A stretch of 50,472 nt of DNA from the NCBI GenBank assembly GCA_029933005.1, contig JAOZOY010000006.1, forward strand, positions 3,182 to 53,653. The letters are read 5' to 3'. The stretch's first letter is position 1. The number at the start of each line of letters is the position of its first letter. Below are positions 44,325-50,472 of the stretch, in pieces. The position numbers and the translations under genes are program-made. The notes beneath the pieces are model-generated. The model was not told where the DNA came from, made no database searches, and worked only from the letters and a program-made list of their open reading frames with translations. The stretch comes from Deltaproteobacteria bacterium. Its GTDB lineage: Bacteria; Desulfobacterota; Desulfobulbia; Desulfobulbales; SURF-16.

Positions 44325-44756
44325 TCAGCCCATGGCACCAACAGATTGGTCCAGGGAAACCTCCATGGCCCGGACCGGACAGACGGCAACGCATAAGCCG
44401 CAACCCGTACATTTATCAGGATCAAAGAGAACAGCCATGTCGGGACGGTGAATATGGAGAGCCGCAGTGGGACAGATTCCGGTACAGGCCCCGCATTCAA
44501 AGCATTTTTCATTATCACGCCGGATGATGGTTGATAATCTTTCGATGGTAACGCCAAAGCTTTTCAGGTAGGCAAGGGCATCTTTGACATTGGATTTATG
44601 GCCCATAATTTCCAGGACCATTATGCCTTCATGATGGGGAAGTATTGTTGCCTTGAGAATATTAAACTCGACGTTATACTGCTTCACAAGCTTGCAAATG
44701 ATAGGCAGATCACTGGTTTCCTTAGGAAACCGTAAAACAAACAAACGGGTGTACAC
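44325..44756 (-). CDS. NIL domain plus 2x[4Fe-4S] ferredoxin protein
   Basis: PII...FNILKA NIL domain; CFECGACTGICP and CTGCGLCVAVCP. Confidence 0.9.
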   Translation of the reverse strand: MYTRLFVLRFPKETSDLPIICKLVKQYNVEFNILKATILPHHEGIMVLEIMGHKSNVKDALAYLKSFGVTIERLSTIIRRDNEKCFECGACTGICPTAALHIHRPDMAVLFDPDKCTGCGLCVAVCPVRAMEVSLDQSVGAMG

Positions 44757-44834
44757 GTCTTAACCTCTGATTTATTATTTTGTTGTAGAAAGGAATTTTA
44801 CCAAAATTTCCTGAATGAGTAAACGGCCATTCAA

Positions 44835-45071
44835 TTACCGCGCCTTAATTTCACCCTTCAGCAACATCTTCAAACCTTCAAGAGTCCCTTTCCACATGGC
44901 ATCTTCACCGGCCATAATGGCAACAATGACGTTTTTTTCAACACTAACCTCAACCACAAGCTCTTCTTCAGCGATCTTAAAAACCGCCTCGCCCCAATGC
45001 TCGGCCGGCATACCAGTTGTTTCACATTCATAATCAGTGCGTAATTCTCCGGTCATACGTATTTCAGACAT
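44835..45071 (-). CDS. Small acidic hypothetical protein
   Basis: AAGGAG RBS; 78-aa ORF co-oriented with its neighbours. Confidence 0.75.
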   Translation of the reverse strand: MSEIRMTGELRTDYECETTGMPAEHWGEAVFKIAEEELVVEVSVEKNVIVAIMAGEDAMWKGTLEGLKMLLKGEIKAR

Positions 45072-45147
45072 AATTTACTCCTTTAATTCATTTTAATTTT
45101 TTTGGTAACTATGGATGGCGCCACATAATTGGCAAAATTGCCAGACT

Positions 45148-45250
45148 GCAACTGTTCAGCAGTGTCGCAACCGCCCCGCACACGATCAGCCTTATTCACA
45201 TAGAGCTACTATAATTCACCAGCCTGCTTGTGCACATGCTGAACAGTTAC
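45148..45250. repeat. GTAA...TTAC element, subfamily A
   Basis: Termini gcaactgttcagc / gctgaacagttac; core acgatcagcct...cata...tata...cagcctg; the right end supplies the stop codon of the FAD oxidase gene. Confidence 0.75.
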
Positions 45251-46665
45251 TTTTTTTGAGGAAAAATTTTGCCTGGATTCAAAATATTTTTCGGATCAAA
45301 AAGGTTCTTGATCTGCTGCATGGCTTCAAGAGTAGCGGGACTCAGTTCCAGGAGAAGGTAATCCGCCTTGGTGAGACCGATACCATGCTCGCCAGACAAG
45401 GTACCGCCAAGACGAATAACCTCGACAAAAAGGGCTTTCTTTGCGACCCGGGCCTGTTTAAGTTCCGCTGAATTTTCTCTGTCCACCATGATATTGACAT
45501 GAATATTGCCGTCACCGGCATGGCCAAAGGTAAAGATCAACAAATCATGCCTTTTGGCAAGCTTTTCGGTAAAGGCCACAAGGTCAGGAATACGGCTGCG
45601 TGGGACAACCACATCCTCGCTGATTTTATTTGGTTTTATTTGAAAGGCGGCCGGTGAAATTGAGCGCCGTGCCTTCCAGAGATACTCCACATCTTCCCTG
45701 GTGGCTGCCTCTTTGACAACAAGTAGGTTTTCCTGGCCATCAAGAAATTTTTTCAATTTTCCCGCTTGGGCGGCAACAGAAAGTTCATCGCCATCGACCT
45801 CAATCAGGAGCAGAGCCTCGGTGGAATCCGGCAGGGAAAAGGGAAGCAGTTCCTTGACAATACCAAGAGCTGTCCTGTCCATGTACTCCAGAGTGCAGGG
45901 CTGATGGGAGGCCAGAATACGGCAGACAAGGGATGTTGCCTGATGGAGGCTGCTGCTTAACACCAGGAACGTCTTTTTTGCCGTTGGCTTGGCCAGCACT
46001 CGCAATATTATTTTGGTGATAATTCCGAGAGTGCCTTCGGAACCGACAAAAAGTCGCGTCAAATCGTAGCCCACCACTCCCTTGGCAGTTCGGACCCCGG
46101 TGTTAATAATTCGTCCGTCTGGTAGAACAACCTCAAGCCCAAGGACATAATCTCGTGTCACTCCGTACTTGACCGCACTGGGGCCACCGGCGCATTCGGC
46201 CACATTGCCGCCAATGGTGCAAAATTTAAGACTGGCAGGATCAGGAGGATAGTACAACCCTTTTTGAGTCAATTCCGCCTGAAGCCGACCGTTCACCACT
46301 CCGGGTTCCACCACGGCGATTTGGTTGTCCGTATCGATTTCAATGATATGATTCATGCGGCTCATGGCCAGGACAAGCCCGCCCGACACAGGCAGGGATC
46401 CACCGGTCATGCCGGTTCCAGCGCCCCGCACAACAACGGGAAACGCTTCTTCGTCAGCAAGCCGCATAATCGCGCTGATCGTTTCAACAGTTTCTGGAAA
46501 GGCGACTGCTTTGGGCAAATACTCCAAGCCTGTCCCGTCATAAGAATAACAGAGAAGTTCTTCGGACGCGGTGGTAAATTGGTCTGGTCCGACAATTTTT
46601 TCTATTTTCTTGATAAGCTGCTTTTTCACTGAGATAATTCTGAACTCTGGCAGGTAATCCTTCAC
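45247..46665 (-). CDS. FAD-linked oxidase, GlcD/D-lactate dehydrogenase family
   Basis: RGAGTG, YPPDPAS, TIGGN, GSEGTLG, GHAGDGNIH, GEHGIG and NPGK motifs; start may be GTG at 46629. Confidence 0.92.
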   Translation of the reverse strand: MKDYLPEFRIISVKKQLIKKIEKIVGPDQFTTASEELLCYSYDGTGLEYLPKAVAFPETVETISAIMRLADEEAFPVVVRGAGTGMTGGSLPVSGGLVLAMSRMNHIIEIDTDNQIAVVEPGVVNGRLQAELTQKGLYYPPDPASLKFCTIGGNVAECAGGPSAVKYGVTRDYVLGLEVVLPDGRIINTGVRTAKGVVGYDLTRLFVGSEGTLGIITKIILRVLAKPTAKKTFLVLSSSLHQATSLVCRILASHQPCTLEYMDRTALGIVKELLPFSLPDSTEALLLIEVDGDELSVAAQAGKLKKFLDGQENLLVVKEAATREDVEYLWKARRSISPAAFQIKPNKISEDVVVPRSRIPDLVAFTEKLAKRHDLLIFTFGHAGDGNIHVNIMVDRENSAELKQARVAKKALFVEVIRLGGTLSGEHGIGLTKADYLLLELSPATLEAMQQIKNLFDPKNILNPGKIFPQKK

Positions 46666-46871
46666 AGGGATTTTACTAAAAGCCCCGTTCTATAGGCGGT
46701 TACCAGTACCTTAGATTTGTTTGTTTGTGTATTGGTGCAATAGCCGCTCTATACGACAGGTTCAAACGGGCAAAGATGGTGTTGGTGAACGCTTACCCTG
46801 GCAGCACGTTCGGTTGCAGTTGCACGGAGCCTGTCCGGAAATGATTGATCTCGTCAAAATGATCGTTATCG

Positions 46872-48317
46872 TCATTTAAAATCCAAAATGACAGGACAAT
46901 GATCAGAACCCATGACATCCTTTAAAATAGCAGCACTTTTGATTCGATCCTCACTTTTTTTGTCGACACAAAAATAGTCAATCCGCCAGCCGATACCTTT
47001 GGCCCGAGCATTAAAGCGGTAACTCCACCAGCTATAATGGTTGGGGCCGGAATGAAATTTACGGAATGTGTCAAGATAACCGGATTCAATAAACTTGTCC
47101 ATCCAAGCCCGTTCCTCGGGCGTAAAGCCGGGATTATTGATATTATTTTTCGGATTTTTCAGGTCAATGGCTTTATGTGCCACATTGAAATCGCCACAGA
47201 TTACGACTGATTTCTTATCAGCCAGATCATTGGTAAAATCAAGGAGCCGGCGATTAAAATTGAGTTTGTAATCCAATCTTTTCAACCCATAGGCCGCATT
47301 TGGGAAATAAACATTGACTAGAAAAAAATCAGCAAATTCCAGGGTCAGCACCCTGCCTTCCTCGTCAAATTCTTTTTGATCAATGCCATAATAAACATGA
47401 AGGGGTTCCTCCCGGGAGTAAACAGCCACGCCGGAATAGCCTTTTCTTACGGCACTGTGCCAGAAAGATTGATAACCGTCAATATTGATTAAATTTTGAG
47501 AAAGTTGTTCAGGCTGGGCCTTGATTTCCTGAAGAGCGAGAATGTCGGGATCCATTTCACGGACGATTTCGACAAAACCCTTTTTTTCAATAGCGCGGAT
47601 CCCGTTGACATTCCAGGAAATAAATTTTTTAATTCCGGCGGAACGGGCCTTCTGGCGGGCTTGAGGGGATTTCCTGGGAGTGACACCGATTTGCGGACAG
47701 TATTCTTGAATGACACAACTGTCGCAGTGGGGCCCCACAGGCCGACAGGTTCCCTGGCCAAAGGCGACCAGAATAGAATTCACCCGGAGCCAGTGCTTGG
47801 TCGGGAGTTTAGCCCGCAGGATCTTTTCTGTCTGCAGTGGAGTCTTGGTATCGACATAACCCCAGATATTCATGATGCGATGGACATGGGTATCCACGCA
47901 GATGGCCGGCTTGCCAAAGGCAATACAGACCACCAGGTTGGCAGTTTTCCTGCCTACACCAGGCAGGGTCACAAGAGAATCAATATCATCTGGAACCTCT
48001 CCGCTAAAGGCCTGCAGAGCCTCGGGTAATTTTGTTAGATAACGGGCTTTATTTTTATAAAATCCCACAGGATAGATGAGCTTGGCAATCTCTGCCTCGG
48101 AAAGACGGGAAAGACCGTCCACATCGTCTGCTTTTTTAAAAAGGCGGGCCGAGGCCCTGGCTGTGGTCTCGTCCTTGGTCCTGGCCGATAAAATCGTTGC
48201 CACCAGAACTTTGAAGGGATCCTTTGTTTGCACGGCAATCAAATCCACAATTGGCACGGCATAGCCGCTTACCTCTTTTTCAAGGGTTTTCAGAATAAAA
48301 TCAATATGAAATGTCAT
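46872..48317 (-). CDS. Endonuclease III (Nth) / exodeoxyribonuclease III (Xth) fusion protein
   Basis: HhH motif LPGVGRKTA, VDTHV and CX6CX2CX5C cluster, then SWNVNG, LQEIK, GDFN, GWRIDY and SDHCP in a single frame. Confidence 0.93.
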   Translation of the reverse strand: MTFHIDFILKTLEKEVSGYAVPIVDLIAVQTKDPFKVLVATILSARTKDETTARASARLFKKADDVDGLSRLSEAEIAKLIYPVGFYKNKARYLTKLPEALQAFSGEVPDDIDSLVTLPGVGRKTANLVVCIAFGKPAICVDTHVHRIMNIWGYVDTKTPLQTEKILRAKLPTKHWLRVNSILVAFGQGTCRPVGPHCDSCVIQEYCPQIGVTPRKSPQARQKARSAGIKKFISWNVNGIRAIEKKGFVEIVREMDPDILALQEIKAQPEQLSQNLINIDGYQSFWHSAVRKGYSGVAVYSREEPLHVYYGIDQKEFDEEGRVLTLEFADFFLVNVYFPNAAYGLKRLDYKLNFNRRLLDFTNDLADKKSVVICGDFNVAHKAIDLKNPKNNINNPGFTPEERAWMDKFIESGYLDTFRKFHSGPNHYSWWSYRFNARAKGIGWRIDYFCVDKKSEDRIKSAAILKDVMGSDHCPVILDFK

Positions 48318-48635
48318 AGGATACCTGTTTTTTGATGATGGGAGACCGGCAAGAATCTTCCTTGGAGCTGTGTAATTATTTTGCGAGGAGCACTGATTGA
48401 CGTTTGGAAGCAGAGGCACCGGACAACGAAGATGACTTTGATTTTCCGAGGATTAGGAAGGGAGATAGGCCCTGTTCACGCCGGAATATCTGAATGATAG
48501 AAAAATAGGATGGAAGGAACTTGCTTCGGTGAAAAAAGTGGTAGTTCATTAATTCCTGCATATAAGACTTACGGTCTAAAAGAACATCAATCCTTAGTAC
48601 TACAGCGACATTTTCTTCAAACACACCTGCTAAGT

Positions 48636-48772
48636 TGTCATTCCGGCATGTTTTTAGCCGGAGGTAAGCGTAGACTCCGATCTGGTGACGTTGCCTTTGT
48701 ATCACTCTCACTCCGAAAATTCTGGATCGAAGTCAAAGCTTATCTCCCGATAAGGATTTTCGGGAATGACGG
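48636..48772. repeat. GTCATTCC/GGAATGAC-type palindromic repeat with the cassette in both arms
   Basis: tgtcattccggc...gccgga[ggtaagcgtagactccg]atctgg...ctggat[cgaagtcaaagcttatct]cccga...tcgggaatgacg. Confidence 0.8.
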
Positions 48773-48855
48773 GAAAATGGCGCTGTAGTATTAGGTAACT
48801 CTAAAAAATTAAGTAACTATTTAATATAGGCTAAAATTACCCTTTACAGCAGACT

Positions 48856-48926
48856 GTAACTGTTCGGATGTGCTTCATATCGAAGTTTACGCTATAGGCA
48901 AAGATGGTATGCAGCTGAACAGTTAT
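48856..48926. repeat. GTAA-family element carrying the shared cassette
   Basis: Termini gtaactgttcgg / ctgaacagttat; tcgaagtttacgct at 48880; ggcaaagatggt shared with 46769. Confidence 0.7.
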
Positions 48927-48985
48927 AAAATTCGACAGAATTTTTCCTAAATCGGTTGAAAAGGCTAGGCTTATTCTTCTTCTTT

Positions 48986-49867
48986 TCAAGGTTTCTTTTT
49001 CAGTTTTTTGGAGCCCCAGGTGTACATGATACTCATCCCCGCCAGGAACTGATCTTCATCATCAACAATGGGGCTGTCCGCAGCATCACCAAGCAGCCGC
49101 TTATATTGGAGGTCAAACCCGATTTTCCAATTATCCCGAAAATGGATGCCGGAACTCAGTATGATCCCGATGTTTTTTATACCGGAGTCGGCATCGAATT
49201 CCTTGAGTCCTGATCGTTCTGACTCTTTTGTACTGACACCGAAAAAGCTTTCCATATAATTATTGCTTGCCCACGTGGTCTGTGCCATTGCAACAAACCA
49301 AGGCTTGTCAAGCGGGAAACCAAGCCCGGCACCTGCTTCAATGAGAGTACCCTCATGACCAGAGCCTGGGTCGTGACGTATGTTCAGCTCGAAGCGGAAT
49401 GGCTTTTTCCTGTATTTGGCAAAACCACCGACTTCGATACTGCTGTCAACTTCGTCTAGCCACTTGAGCTTGCGATTGTCGTCATCATCCCGGCTAGTAC
49501 TCTTTGCGACAAAGGGGCCAGCTGTCCAGCCATCCCGCTTCAAGAGGTTCACCCCAAGACTCTTCCCTTTGAACCAGATCAAGTCTTTCCAGGTGATGGA
49601 GATGTTTGGACCCATACCAAACTCATAGTCGTTGGACCCTTCGTAATCGGGTGATACGCCGCCAATAAAACCGACCTCTATTGCCCAGTTGCGAAGGCGA
49701 TCGTCAGAATCCTCGTAGCCCGGGGCTTCATCTATGTCTTCGGCCACATCAAGCCAAACGTCAACATTGTCAAAGGTGTCTTCGGACTTTGCGGTGTTGA
49801 CATGGAATATAACGTTGAATGAAAAAGCAACAATACAGATAATTGTGAAACAGATAGATCGATTCAT
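48986..49867 (-). CDS. MipA/OmpV family outer membrane protein
   Basis: Signal peptide; PDYEGS, YMESFFGV and LLGDAADSPIV motifs. Confidence 0.85.
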   Translation of the reverse strand: MNRSICFTIICIVAFSFNVIFHVNTAKSEDTFDNVDVWLDVAEDIDEAPGYEDSDDRLRNWAIEVGFIGGVSPDYEGSNDYEFGMGPNISITWKDLIWFKGKSLGVNLLKRDGWTAGPFVAKSTSRDDDDNRKLKWLDEVDSSIEVGGFAKYRKKPFRFELNIRHDPGSGHEGTLIEAGAGLGFPLDKPWFVAMAQTTWASNNYMESFFGVSTKESERSGLKEFDADSGIKNIGIILSSGIHFRDNWKIGFDLQYKRLLGDAADSPIVDDEDQFLAGMSIMYTWGSKKLKKKP

Positions 49868-49907
49868 ATAAAGCCTTTCCTTTTCAGCTTTATTGGTTAG
49901 GTGCTTC

Positions 49908-50177
49908 CTACTGTGTCGGCTCATCACAATACTGATCAAATGATTCCCTGTTTTTCTCAAAATTTTTCTTCTCAGCAAGTTCCCAAGGACGTTCACACTG
50001 CTTAGTGCGCTCACACCAAACATACCCTCCCGATGCGATGCATCCATGAGATTCCAGATCCAAGCCCGTCATTTTCGCTTCGGGAGCTTCGGATACCACC
50101 GGCTCCACATGTACTTTAGTTTCGCATGCCGTGAGACATGCGATAAGTAGAGCGCTGAAAATAATTAGAAATCGCAT
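49908..50177 (-). CDS. Small Cys-rich lipoprotein
   Basis: GGAGG RBS, lipobox LTAC, and HGCIASGGYVWC...C..PWE motif. Confidence 0.8.
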   Translation of the reverse strand: MRFLIIFSALLIACLTACETKVHVEPVVSEAPEAKMTGLDLESHGCIASGGYVWCERTKQCERPWELAEKKNFEKNRESFDQYCDEPTQ

Positions 50178-50472
50178 GAAAACCTCCTTGTGTCATTAGT
50201 AACGAATAAGCTCGTGAATAGGCCTGCAACTACGCATGCGTCTAACAATTATTACTAAAGAAAAATTATTTTATAATTCCAATATAAACAAATATGCAAA
50301 TAGTACAACAGGTAGACATGTTTTTATATTATTGAGTTAAACGAATAAATCGGTATATTTTTTAGCTAGTTGGCGTGGTACGTCCCCAGTCTCATCTCTC
50401 CCCAACATAGAACAAAATGAGACCTCTTTGTTTTTTAGATAATTGAGTTTTCGGATTGTTTTATTGATTTCC

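Noticed and set aside
48376-48788. ORFs of 111 aa (-) and 92 aa (+) upstream of the Nth-Xth fusion
   Set aside because: They run through repeat DNA and have no motifs; a short real peptide cannot be excluded but is unsupported.

Overview
Origin-proximal chromosomal segment of a sulfate-reducing deltaproteobacterium. The lineage is probably Desulfobulbales-like, inferred from the dsrC gene, gene content and gene order. It is mostly housekeeping: bioB-bioF, comF, mtnA, a likely oriC directly upstream of dnaN-gyrB-gyrA (no adjacent dnaA or recF), gpsA, pit/DUF47, ligA, dsrC, a Cpx-like two-component module, nadB, cooT with a His-tailed protein, hisS-aspS, selD, and parA-parB-pyrK-pyrD with a perfect parS. 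An Nth-Xth DNA repair fusion is also present. Three genes contain an in-frame UGA followed by a SECIS-like hairpin, and the ORF track misses or truncates all three: selD, a C-GCAxxG-C-C family protein, and an unannotated 53-aa two-helix membrane protein with a C-T-P-U (CxxU) motif upstream of mtnA. This last gene is the most novel candidate. Many intergenic gaps hold members of a nested, modular family of short palindromic elements (GTAA...TTAC termini, GTCATTCC-type repeats and a shared ~18-nt cassette). No tRNA, rRNA, CRISPR array or transposase was seen.
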